Positions 13,061 to 25,091 are shown, numbered from the stretch's first letter. The stretch is 64,000 nt of DNA from Octopus sinensis (GCF_006345805.1 NC_043009.1:57288001-57352000), one strand, 5' to 3'. Numbers and translations: made by a program. The notes: generated by a model not told the origin, from the letters alone.

Positions 13061-13405
13061 CTTTAATAGTTTCACTTTAATACCGAAACTATTAAAGTGA
13101 AACTATTATATAAGTGGGATGAACTGTAAGTAGACATCCATTATGCTAGAAGAAGATCTGCTATGGTCTTACCACTAACAAAGGAATGGTAAGACCATAG
13201 TGGATCTTCTTCTAGCATAATGAATGTCCACTTACAGGTCATCCCCCTTATATGTATGTAATATAATTTTTTCTGAAACTTCAGACTTTTCAATATGCTA
13301 TACTATTGGTTTTAAATTGATATTAATCAAATTAATATTCAATTTTTCACCCTTATTATTTTAAATTTAAATTTACATGTATATATATATGGGTGTATAT
13401 ATATA

Positions 13406-13508
<103 letters not shown>

Positions 13509-13611
13509 ATAGCTAGCTTAAGGCGATGGCCTCATGGAGCTAATCAGCGACAGCTTTAGTCTTATATTTATAAGACTGCCATATTAGTATGGCGATAACT
13601 ATTAATTATAT

Positions 13612-13661
<50 letters not shown>

Positions 13662-13743
13662 TATATATATTATATATATATATGTATGTATATATATGGA
13701 TGTATATATTTGGATGTATATATATATATACATGTATATATAT

Positions 13744-14045
13744 AATTAATAGTTATCGCCATACTAATATGGCAGTCTTATAAATATAAGACTAAAGCTG
13801 TCGCTGATTAGCTCCATGAGGCCATCGCCTTAAGCTAGCTATTTGACACACAAACTACGTCCATTATAAACCTTCGAACAAGGGAGGTCAGCCGCTTCAT
13901 CCTGCCAGTCAGACAGCTACAGACGACGTTTCAGGGTTGTTGTCAAATAGCTAGCTTAAGGCGATGGCCTCATGGAGCTAATCAGCGACAGCTTTAGTCT
14001 TATATTTATAAGACTGCTATGTTAGTATGGCGATAACTATTAATT
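13744..14045. mobile_element. Fold-back/MITE-like element with 105-bp terminal inverted repeats
   Basis: 13744-13848 is the reverse complement of 13941-14045 with 2 mismatches; 92-bp unique spacer; no TSD seen. Confidence 0.6.
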
Positions 14046-14231
14046 TCCAGTAACGCTGTCGTAATCTCCTTTAGAGAGACTTAGTAATTTTAATATTTCT
14101 ATTATGTATATATATAGATGTATATGTATACATGTATATGTGTAGATGTATATATATAGATGTACATGTAATATGTATACATATATATACACATATATAC
14201 ATGCATACATATATACACCCATACGCACATA

Positions 14232-14448
14232 CACAGGTGCAGGTGTGGCTGTGTGGTAACAAACTTGGTTCCAAAACACATGGTTCTGGGTTCAGTCCCA
14301 CTGTGTGGAGACTTGGCATGTGTCTTCTGCTATAGCATCAGACCAACCAAAACCTTGTCAGTGGATTTTGTAGACAGAAACTGAAAGAAATCGATCGTAT
14401 ATATATGTATGTATATATGTAAGTCTATGTGTGTGTCTTTGTGTTTCG
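14232..14448 (+). mobile_element. SINE family A, 5' half
   Basis: Head GGTGTGGCTGTGTGGTAAC; ends abutting the hAT dimerisation-domain sequence. Confidence 0.8.
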
Positions 14449-14449
14449 A

Positions 14450-16080
14450 GTCGTTGTTGGCTCATGGAACTTCTCATATGCGAAAGTATTAGTTTCTGCT
14501 TGCTGAAAGACCTCTCACAGCTGGCGACTGAAACAGAGATTGTCAGCATGATTTGTATGTTGATTCGCAAATTTGGAAAAACGCATTCATCTCCATATTG
14601 AACGATGAATTCAAGGAGTGCTTCCGGACTTGTAAATATTTTGACTGTCCAGCAACGCTCTACAGTCCAATATTTCCTCGAAAAGGGGCTATCCATTAAT
14701 ATCAGACCAGTATACCCCAGCAAGATAGTTGCACTTCTCCTAAAGGGTAGAATTCTCAGAAACAGTTGCGTAGCACAAGCTATGGACATCGAGAAGAAAA
14801 CCAAACATAGAGTCAGTTTCGTTAAGGCGAGTGAACCGCTCTTCCATTTCAGTTTTGAAGACAATTAAGAGCATTCTTCATTATTCTTTCCAACTCTTTC
14901 CTCGCGATTAGTTTAGCGTCCTCGATATTTCCAACTGAAGATTGACGTCTTCGCCTTCTCTGAAAGTCGGCATTCTATTCCTGGCACAGAGCAAGGCCGT
15001 CTTCAAGGGACTCACAGATCAAAGATTCTCCTTCGTCTTCAAAATAAATTCGAATAGCTTTGATATCAGCAGCAGCATCGTGGAAGTCTACACTTGGATC
15101 TTGGCGTCTCTTTTGCACCCGGTCAATGCCAGGGAGAGTCGTGTTCCAGAATCCCAGCAAGTTCAAGAAATCATAGCTGAGTACTCGATTATAGAGATTG
15201 CAGGCATCACTCCTGGTCTCACAAGTCTCGATTCCATCATCGCTAATTTTTTCGAGAACTTGAAGAATTACTGTGAGATGGTGGTGGCACTCCGTCGGTT
15301 GCGACAGCGAGGGTTCCAGTTGATCCGATCAACGGAACAACCTGCTCGTGAAATTAACGTGCAAGTGGCTGAGCACTCCACAGGCACGTGTACCCTTAAT
15401 GTAGTTCTCAGGGAGATTCAGTGTGACAAGGCTGGCCCATTGAAATACAGGTACAACAGAAACAGTAAGAAAGTTGTGGTGAAAGAGTACAGCAGGGTTC
15501 GCCACCACCCCTGCCGGAGCCTCATGGAACTTTAGGTGTTTTCGCGCAATAAAAACTCACAACGCTTGGTTTAGGAATCGAAACCGCGATCCTACGATCA
15601 CGAGTCCGCTACCTTAACCTCTGTGTCATTGCGCCTCCACACTGCGAGATAATTCGCCACTGGTCCGACGGCAGCGCTTCTTACACTCCATCGCGTATCC
15701 GACGGATATTTGATTACTACAGGAACAACTTCTTTAAGAGTTTCCCAGCGCCGTGTTGATCGAGAAAAAAAGGCGTATAGTGAGTCAATAGCTCTGAAGA
15801 AGTTGATCATAACCGTATCGTTTTTGGCTGCATGTAGACCTGTCAGACTGAAGGAATTATTGTCACAATTAACGAAGTGTACCAAGTTATTTTTCTCTCT
15901 GATTCTTTGTTGAACCCCACTTCGATGCCGAGCCGTTATAACAGCATTGTCATAGCATTGTGATCGGCAGTTCCGTAGTGGCAGTTCATCTTCAGCAAAC
16001 TGTCAAAATTGTTTCAACAACGGTTGCAGCATCTGTTTTTTGCTTATCTCGATGAATTCAAGATGGTCTTCTTATTGAAA
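14450..16080 (-). mobile_element. hAT transposase pseudogene (ZMYM1-like, C-terminal dimerisation domain), interrupted by a SINE
   Basis: Peptides CRSQCYDN, VHFVNCDNNSFSL, SDTRWSVR, FLNLLGFWN, VFPNLRINIQIMLTISVSVASCERSFSKQKLILSHMRSSMSQQRL; stops and frameshifts. Confidence 0.9.
15280..15640 (-). mobile_element. SINE family D, full length with 10-bp TSD
   Basis: tRNA-like head GTGGAGGCGCAATG..GGTTTCGATTCC, tail ACCGACGGAGTGCCACC; flanks actgtgagat (15270-15279) and actgcgagat (15641-15650). Confidence 0.85.
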
Positions 16081-16324
16081 TCAATGAATGTGACAAGACT
16101 GGCTCTTTAAAATACAATTTTTGCCAGCTGCGTGAACTTAAGCTACGTGAATCTCTCTCCCTCTGTCTGTGTCTGTCTGCCTGTCTTTTCTTTAGCGAAG
16201 GCGGAGGTAATGTTTCCTGTCGTGTTTGTTTGTGGACAAGATTTTTGAATATATCGCTCCTCTTAAAACCTTTTACCTACTTGACAATTGCATTTCTAGC
16301 TCTACATTGAAGGAAGTTTTACTT

Positions 16325-16500
16325 CTTAGACTCTCATTTTTGTGCGCTAAGATGTTGCTAAACCTCCGTTAACAGTACCATATGCTGGTCCTTTCCGTTT
16401 TCTTTCACGCACGGATAATTTTTTCACTATAGACTTTAATGGTCGTAAAGACACTATATCAGTGGATAAGCTAAAAAAGGCCTTCATAGAGAAAACTGTC
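16325..16500 (+). mobile_element. Gypsy/Ty3 integrase C-terminal (GPY/F-like) fragment
   Basis: IFVR*DVAKPPLTVPYAGPFRFLSRTDNFFTIDFNGRKDTISVDKLKKAF resembles the PYxGPY..I..G....VSIDRLKPA consensus. Confidence 0.7.
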
Positions 16501-16508
16501 CCTATTCC

Positions 16509-16572
16509 CACTGCAGACGACACACACTGCAGACGACACATACTGCAGACGACACACACTGCAGACGACACA
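16509..16572 (+). repeat. 16-bp tandem repeat x4
   Basis: Unit CACTGCAGACGACACA. Confidence 0.95.
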
Positions 16573-16977
16573 CACACCATTACAAACACAGCCTGCACAC
16601 CCACCTTCACATTCCATGGCGATCGATCAGCTACCGGACAAGGATTCTGGATTGTTTTCCCGGTTTTTTAAACTTAATTTTTGAGAGCGGTCGGGTTCAT
16701 TTTTAGTATTCTCGTTTGTGAGAGCAGCCGAGGTAATTTCAGATATTCTCATTTTAAAACCCATCTCCAGTTAATCGTTGAGAGGACGTTGGTATTGCCT
16801 TGACGGAGGCTTGCGCTCTCTGAGTGCTCTTGGTTTTGTCTTGTTTGCTTGTTAATCACATGGCCTTGGAAGAACTTTCTGGTGTCATTACTTTATTCGA
16901 CTAACCTCCCATGTTATTGAACTGTCTGCTCCATCTCCCGTGATGTGTCGCTGACATCTGAAGAACCAACTCAAACG

Positions 16978-17200
16978 TATTTCTTTACTATCCACAAGGG
17001 GCTAAACACAGAGAGGACAAACAAGGACAGACAAACGGATTAAGTCGATTATATCGACCCCAGTGCGTAACTGGTACTTATTTAATCGACCCCGAAAGGA
17101 TGAAAGGCAAAGTTGACCTCGGCGGAATTTGAACTCAGAACGTAGCGGCAGACGAAATACCGCTAAGCATTTCGCCCGGCATGCTAACGATTCTGCCAAT
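16978..17200 (-). mobile_element. SINE family C
   Basis: Family core and tail. Confidence 0.85.
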
Positions 17201-17521
17201 TCAAACCATGACGTCATAACCACTCGACACTGGACGATCCCATGGAGTTCCATCTTTTTTTCACGTCACACCTAAATCAGCAGTTGTAAGTTTCATACGT
17301 AATGACATTGTTACTGAAAGATGAAATTAATGAATATAGAATACAATTACGTATATTGTAACTAATGAAATATTTCGCATAATATAAGGGAAATTAGTTA
17401 AAAATTGTTTGGTATGTGTCACGGCGCTTTGTTTTCATGTGTTGGCTGCTCCTAAATTTAGGACCTGGCTCATATCCTTAACTTGATATCTAGTGTTTAC
17501 CAAAAGTTGGTCGATATGTAC

Positions 17522-17755
17522 TCTTCTTATTTCTTTATTGCCCACAAGGGGCTAAACATAGAGGTGACAAACAAGGACAGACAAAGGGATTAGGTCCATT
17601 ACATCAACCTCAGTGTGTAACTGGTACTTTATTTATCGACCCTGAAAGGATGAAAGGCAAAGTCGACCTCGGCGGAATTTGAACTCAGAACGTAACGGCA
17701 GACGAAATACTGCTAAGCATTTCGCCCAGCGTGCTAACGTTTCTGCCAGCTCGCC
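17522..17755 (-). mobile_element. SINE family C
   Basis: Family head, core and tail. Confidence 0.85.
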
Positions 17756-18230
17756 ACCACCCGGCGAGCTGGTATGTACTCTTCTTGGTCTGGCGATACC
17801 TCTGTGCCTATGCGTGAGTTTCCAGAGAAGGAGATCACTGGATATCTTCTTGCTTCTCCAGTAGTATCCTGCATAACATGCTGTCGTAGGGATGTTTGGT
17901 CGCTTGTGTCGTGCTGGTCAATGACGATATAATGTGAATGTATGGTTCTCCACTGTCGCATGTTGGTATTGTAATTGTAGTGATGTGATATGTTGTCGCT
18001 GAGTAACAGAAACAAACTCACAACTGAATCTTTAACTTTAATTTTCATTGCTGGTCTTGATATTTTGTGTTGGTTATTTACAATGAAAGATGTTAATGAT
18101 ACAATTGCCGACTGGGAGGAGAAAAATACCACACCGTGTCCGTAGAAAGCTACTGATGGGACATCGTGTGAATGTTCGAAATCGATCTGTCCGAGTACTC
18201 GAAGTCGGCTGCGCAAAACTCCGAAGCCAT

Positions 18231-18363
18231 CTGCTCAAATGCTCGAGGTCGTCTGTTCGAATGTTCGAGGTCGTCTGCTCGAATGTTCGAGGACGTCTGC
18301 TCGAATGTTCGAGGTCGTCTGCTCGAATGTTCGAGGTCGTCTGCTCGAATGTTTGAGGTCGTC
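18231..18363 (+). repeat. 22-bp CpG-rich minisatellite (5-6 units)
   Basis: Unit ATGTTCGAGGTCGTCTGCTCGA starting at 18239, 18261, 18283, 18305, 18327, 18349. Confidence 0.95.
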
Positions 18364-18649
18364 AGTCAGACAATTTTTATAGGGTGAAAAGAAAAATAAA
18401 GGGGTAAATTCTAGAACATCCAAGAAGACTTATTCCACCACTGCTTCATTCTGATTGGTCGACTTATAGCTCAATCACGTGAAACTAATGGCTCGCACAT
18501 GATACCTAACTGAGTATCTTGCGACTGGGGATTGAATCACTGCAGTATTAATACAGTTACATCATGTTTTAATTCCAGAGCGTCATAATATCATAATATT
18601 GAAACTTCATAATACCGGAGTAAGACAACTTTATTCTCTTTTCTTTACT

Positions 18650-19044
18650 TTCTTTTATTTGTTTGTCATTTGACTTCGGCCATGCTGGAGCACCATCTTT
18701 AGTTGAGCAAATCGACCCCAGGACTTATTCTTTGTAAGCCAAGTACTTATTTTCTCGGTCTCTTTGCCGAAGCGCTAAGTTACGGGGACGTAAACACACC
18801 AGCATCCGTTGTCAAGCGATGGTGGGGGGGACAAACACAGACAGACAGACAGACAGACACACACACACACGCACACACATACGACGGGCTTCTTTCAGTT
18901 TCCGTCTACCAAATCCACTCACAAAACTTTAGTCAGCCCGAGGCTATAGTAGAAGACACTTACCCAAGGTGCCACGCAGTGGGACTGAACCCGGAACCAT
19001 GTGGTTGGTAAGCAAGCTACTTACCACACAGCCACTCCTGCGCC
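18650..19044 (-). mobile_element. SINE family A, full length
   Basis: Head, internal (CA)n and tail present. Confidence 0.9.
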
Positions 19045-19621
19045 AATAATTTTGTTATCGAAAATTTTATTTAGCGATTCGTTATAATACATGCGCAGCC
19101 GTTTTAACAGCATTTTGGGCCTTCGGGCAAAGCAGTGCATTTGGGGTCTAATAATATATATTTCTTGTTAGTAAACTACAGAATACATAGATTAACACCG
19201 ACCCCTAAAATCCGAGGGGACTTCAGGCAATTGTACAGTGGTCTTATGTCTCAAGGCGGCAGTGGACAATGCAAAGATATATATTCATGTAACAAAAGAT
19301 GGTATGGTATATCTGAAGGAAAAATATACCTTAAATCACGACGGATAAACGGCATTCTATGGAAAAAAAAAAAAAATTTCGTTTTTTCTTTCTTTCCAAC
19401 GTGTAAAACCCCTAGTACTACATAAACCAATTTAACTTATTCTTTAAGAGGATAGGCTGTAATTTGAGGGGGATCGGGTTGCTATTTCTAGTAGGATGTG
19501 CGACTACGTAGAACCTCCGTTGTTTGCTCGTATCAATGTTGGAGCATTGCATATGCAACGCCGTAACACTGCGTCAATCAAATGGACAAAGATAGTAAAA
19601 GAATAAAAAGAAAAATGACTA

Positions 19622-20132
19622 CCATAAATCCTCGTGTATAAACCGCATTTTTTCCCCACAAAATTTAAAGGTGAAAATCCCTAGTACGTACTATATAAGA
19701 GGTTAAAAATGAAAATTATTTTCTAAGCAATGTCCGAGTCTATTTGCTGTCCGGCAATATTTATTTAGACGCATTTTGTGATGTCGGGTACGAAAATACC
19801 TTAAGCTAAGCTTGAAAGCAATGAAGTCATAAAAGAATCAGCCATAACTTGCAGTAAGCAACATTTATTAACATAAAAGTATTCAGAACACAGAATAACA
19901 TGTAACAAAAACAATTAGCAAACATATTTACATTCCCTTATAACAGTTAAGAACAGCACCATTATTGTATTACGCATGCGCGGTAGTGTTTGTTCGGCTA
20001 AGTGCTGCTGGCTTAATTACGCACGACTCAAGTTAGAGTATTAAGACAAGGTTTAGATTTTTCAGAGGTACAGCCCCCTAAAAATCCCCTGCGTATTATA
20101 CTCAAGGGCGGACTATACTCGAAGATTTACGG
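19622..20132. mobile_element. Tc2-like MITE, copy 2
   Basis: TA|CCATAAATCCTCGTGTATA ... TATACTCGAAGATTTACGG|TA. Confidence 0.8.
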
Positions 20133-20284
20133 TATAGTTTCAATCTTATGAATGTTTAGCTATCATTCGAAAGTTTTGGAAATCAGATAATGGATAGAAA
20201 TATATTCTACTTGAAGCTATTATTCATCAGAGATTTCTTGAATAAAAAATAGTGATCGTGGTTCTAATTTTACGCGGATTGTAG

Positions 20285-20640
20285 TTACGTCACCTGTTCT
20301 GGGTGTTGTGCAACTTGTTCAGACAAAAGTCCTTGTCATCTGAGAAGAACCAGATCATCCCCAGCTCAACAGGATACTTCAGCTTGTTCAAGAACTTCTT
20401 TGCTTTCGTCAAGCGATTCTCTTAGGCCTTGGCTCTCAGAATTTGTCCCTAACGCCTCTTATACGAGTCGTAGCGAAGGTTCTGTTGCAGAGCCAAGTTC
20501 ATGGTGGCGATTACAACAATCATTTCTCTCGCCAAAACCGAACGCGGTTCTTTCATCACCTTGTCCTGCCGTTGTTGGATGGATTCCGGCGTGCAGCTAA
20601 GCTCTTCTTAATTACAACTTCAATCTTTATGCTCTCCAAC
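20285..20640 (-). mobile_element. maT (DD37D)-type transposase fragment including the first catalytic Asp
   Basis: RLTKAKKFLNKLKYPVELGMIWFFSDDKDFCLNKLHNTQNR. Confidence 0.7.
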
Positions 20641-20807
20641 ACATTAAACTGTCCATGAAAGAGGAGACATAAAGAAAAAAAAAATCGCTAAATTTAGCCC
20701 GAATTCTCTGTATACGTTCGGCTTTTGAGTTTTATTTTCCTATTCATCTCATCAAACTTGTTTCTTCGTAATGTTCGCTTCTTTTATTTTTCATCCGTTT
20801 TAATCAT

Positions 20808-21110
20808 TAGATTGCGGCCATGCCGGAGTACCGCATTGAAGAATTTTTAGTCGAATGAATCGATGCCAATACTTACTTTTTAAAGACTCCTACTTATTCT
20901 ATCGGTCTCTTTTGTCGAACTGCCAAGTTACGGGGACGTAAATACACCAACGCCAGTTGTCATGCGGTGTTGGGGGACAAACACGAAACACACATACGTA
21001 CATGCATACATACACACATACATACGTAAATACATACACACATACATACGTAAATACATACACACATACATACGTAAATACATACATACATACATACATA
21101 CATACATACA

Positions 21111-21141
<31 letters not shown>

Positions 21142-21268
21142 GACAGGTTTCTTTCAGTTTCCGCATTGGTTGGCCCAAGGCTATGGTAGAAGACACCGAG
21201 GGTGTCACGCAGTGGGACTGAACCCGGAACCATGTGGTTGGGAAGAAGCTTCTTACGATATAGCCACG
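20808..21268 (-). mobile_element. SINE family A with internal (TACA)n and a 24-bp x3 higher-order repeat
   Basis: Unit CATACATACGTAAATACATACACA at 21017-21088. Confidence 0.8.
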
Positions 21269-22609
21269 TCTGCGATGGCAAAATAAATCTCAGACTTTTG
21301 AGACAATATTGATAGTCAGGAGTTGACAAACCTCCATTTGAAAAAAAAACAAAACCCTGTAAAATGAATAAATTTGTGTAGCGTGATGAGGGTAAGAAAT
21401 TCCAAGGTTTTATTAAAGATCTTTTGTCAGTGAAGAAATCGCCACCATGAATTTGGCTATCGCTCGTATAAGGGGCGCTAGCGACAAATTCTCTGTCACA
21501 TTTTAAACCCTACCGTCCTCAAAAGGAAGTATAAATTGGGTGATGTATTCCGATATACCTAATTCTCGAAAAAAGACGGCATGGTCACGGATGGCATATC
21601 TTTAGTTTGGTTCTCTTGATGAAGGTTCATTTGAAGTAATAGAATTCCAAGTTTTACGAACGGCCAAAATGCAGAATTACTTCCCTTACAATTGTTGTAG
21701 TAGGGAGTTATTTCCCTTAGCAGATGCTCTAATCGTTGACGTTTCATCAAGTATTATAGAGTTTTTATATCACTGAAATTTTGTTTGATAGAATTTCTTG
21801 ACCCTTAACAAGGCTTGTCAATTTCTCTATATTAATAGTTAATACATAAAATATACAAAAGTAAGAACAGTAAAATATGCACTAATGGTATAACTTTATT
21901 TACGAAATTAGTTTTTTTTTTGGCAAGCGAATCGCAGAGTCGTTAGAACGTTGGATATAATGCATCGCTATATTCGTTCCGACTCTCTGTGCTCTGTGTC
22001 CAAATCCCGCTGAAGGCAAGAGTTCCTGTTATCCTTTCGTTGTCTATAAAAAGTAGAGTAACAGTCGTTGGAGCATCTGACAGGAATCTTTAAGGTATCT
22101 TTACCTGTTCTGTACACTCTGAGTTCGAATCCAGCCTCATCGCCAAAAATCGATGACATATCTGCGAGGAGCAATCAGCAATTCCAAAAAGCATGTTTCC
22201 TGGAATTAGAAAATAAATAAATAAATAAATAAATAACCAAGCAAGCAAGCAAATATATAAATAAATCTATTTGATTTCTATTTCAGTTGGTTCCAAATAA
22301 AACTTCACAATTTTAGAAAGAAAATCGTTTAAGATATTGTAGTCTTAGAAATACAGGATGAGTATGAATGAAATGCTTTTGTTCTCGATCAGAATTCACT
22401 CATGGTACCCTCTCTTCCATAACAACATCAACATGCCTTTTGTACACAAGGCAAAGGAGAAGTTTCTACGTCGTAGCTCGACTTGCAAGAAAAAGCAACT
22501 AAATCTCTCTTAAATCACATTATCATCGCAGAAAAAAATGATGGTACACATTGAACAAGGTGGTCCTGGCTACATTAAAAGAAGAAAGACAGGATGGTCA
22601 TATCTTGGA

Positions 22610-22930
22610 ATATTTTATCGATCTCGAAAGGGTTAAAGGCAAAGTCGACCTCGGCGGAATTTGAACACAGGGCGTAGGGGCAGACGAAATATCTATATTT
22701 CTTTACTACCCACAAGGGGCTAAACACAGAGGGGACAAACAAGGACAGACAAACAGATTAAGTCGATTAAATCTAAAGTGCGTAACTGGTACTTAATTTA
22801 TCGACCCCGAAAGGATGAAAGGCAAAGTCAACCTCGGCGGAATTTGAACTCAGAACGTAACGGCAGACGAAATACCGCTAAACACTTCGCCTGGCGTGCT
22901 AACGTTTCTGCCAGCTCGCCGCCTTATGAA
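22610..22930 (-). mobile_element. SINE family C, dimer
   Basis: Head CCAGCTCGCCGCCTTA at about 22915-22927, second truncated unit. Confidence 0.85.
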
Positions 22931-23836
22931 TATTTATTATGCATTTAAAAAAGTGTTTGACTAGGAAAATCTCCTACTTTTCAACACAAAATATAAACTT
23001 GCACAGCACAACCACCTTCTATTACTGTTGGAACAATACTGAAGAGCAGTGAGACTGTGAGTGTGGTAAGAAACATGCAGTCGCAAGCGTGTTCGAACCT
23101 GTTGTGACACGTAGTCGTATATTGAAAAGCAGAGCTAACAAACAAGTTAAACTATGATATTCATTATCAGCGATCTAAGATCAGTTGGAAATTTCTACTT
23201 TGGTCGCGGAGGCAATTTTTGTTGTTGACCAGTGTAATCGGTGTTTGTGTGTTTACGTCTTCGTAACTTAGCGGTAGTTTAAAAGCGTTTGCTAGTTTAA
23301 GGGCTTCACTGTCTATTTGTTTACTAGATATTTCGTGGCTATTCCTTGTTCATTAAAGTTCAAAGTTGTTCCTGAAAGAAAAAGAAGAAAAAGATATCTA
23401 GGAGAAATAGTAGAGTCCATGTTCTCTGTCATAGTTTGGACCAATTATCTTCTTTTCCCATGTTTTTACATGCAGCAGAGAGTATTCTGCTAAGCTTGCT
23501 CAAGTTGATGGTGTTTAAGCGGGTAAAAAAATTAAGTCTGCCATCCAAGGAGAAGAACGGTATCTCTGATGGAATTTCATACAGTTTTCTCCGACTGAAT
23601 TGCTCTCGTAAGTCACGAGGCCACTCGAAGCTTTGATAAAAGTTACATGATAACGTTGCTGTGCCATGAGATCGAACCTGAAAACGAACTGCTTCAAAAC
23701 TTCGAAAGAGAAATTTACGATGTTTTAAAAAATTGTTTTCTTGTCCTCTCCCCATATTTACTACACTTTCTAGCTGTTTTTATTACTTATTTCTATATCT
23801 GCCTTTACTTTTAACTTATGTAATGGAATTGATATA

Positions 23837-24167
23837 CAGAGGTTGGACAAAATAATGGAAACACCTTAAAATTTCAAACAAATTTATTTTAACATGGGGT
23901 AGGACCGCCTTTGGCAGTAATTACAGCTTGAATTCTACAAGGTATGGACTTGTACAAAGTTTGGATTGTTTCCAAAGGAATTTTTGTCTATCCTTCAGCT
24001 AAGATATTTTCCAATTCTTGTAGTGATGATGGTGAAGGATATTAAGCAACACTAATAATTATTAAAAAAAACATAAAAATAAACAAGCTTTTGACAGTTT
24101 TATAAATATTTCAAAATTATGATGCTATGATGTTAAGTGTTGTTTCCATTATTTTTTCCAAACCCTG
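23837..24167. mobile_element. Tc1-like MITE
   Basis: TA|CAGAGGTTGGACAAAATAATGGAAAC ... GTTTCCATTATTTTTTCCAAACCCTG|TA. Confidence 0.8.
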
Positions 24168-24204
24168 TAGCTATGCACAATACCTTCACCGCGACTTAAT
24201 CTAA

Positions 24205-24231
24205 GATTTACACACACACACGCACACACAC

Positions 24232-24264
<33 letters not shown>

Positions 24265-24286
24265 TACACACGCACACACACACACA

Positions 24287-24326
<40 letters not shown>

Positions 24327-24423
24327 GCGCGCGCACACACCACACACACACACGCACACGCACACGCACGCACACACACACACGCGCACACACACACACA
24401 TACACACACACACGCACGCACAC
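24205..24423. repeat. (CA)n/(CG)n alternating purine-pyrimidine tract
   Basis: About 220 bp, includes GCGCGCGCGC runs. Confidence 0.95.
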
Positions 24424-24988
24424 ACTCCCACAGAGGTTTAGACACTTACTGCAGATATTACATGAGTTTTACCATTATGCTTTCCATTTTACCTGTCTCT
24501 CTGACCCTAGACATAAAAAAATAATTATAATAATTTTTATTTTTTCCTTATATCAACAAATATTTCTTCCATCTGTCGTTTTTGTTACCGATCAAAGTCC
24601 ATTATTTATGAAACCACAATCCCATCTCACCTAGGACACATGTACACCTCAAGTTATATACACCTCAAATATGGAGGCATACCTACTTGCTGCAGAAATA
24701 GTTAATCTTAAATGTTTATTACCGCTGCTTCGTGATCCTTACCTTAACTGTCAGTTTTTTCTTTATCATTTTATCCCCACCCTCTTCAAACTCTGCATTA
24801 GTCTGTCCCTTGGCCTGCAAATCATTTATTTATTTATTTATTTATATAAATGGCTATGTATGTACTTGTGTATATGCGATGCTTATAGAGATTAATATAT
24901 GTGGGTGCCAGTATGTGTACACATATATGTATCGGTGTGTATGCATGTACACACACACACACACACACAGACACACACACACACACAG

Positions 24989-25023
<35 letters not shown>

Positions 25024-25091
25024 CACATATATATATATATAAATAAATATATATATATAGAGAGAAAGAGATGGATAGATGAACAGATAGG

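Larger units (their letters stand above)
16190..16835 (+). mobile_element. HINE/Helentron-like non-autonomous element, interior replaced by foreign sequence
   Basis: 5' part TTAGCGAAGGCGGAGGTAATG and 3' part 16625-16835 match the reverse complement of 63090-63715. Confidence 0.55.

Noticed and set aside
17746-17772. 10-bp inverted repeat CCAGCTCGCC/GGCGAGCTGG
   Set aside because: It is just two SINE C head fragments in opposite orientation.
18231-18363. CRISPR-like appearance of the 22-bp array (also the 16-bp array at 16509)
   Set aside because: Contiguous repeats with no spacers and no cas genes, in eukaryotic context.
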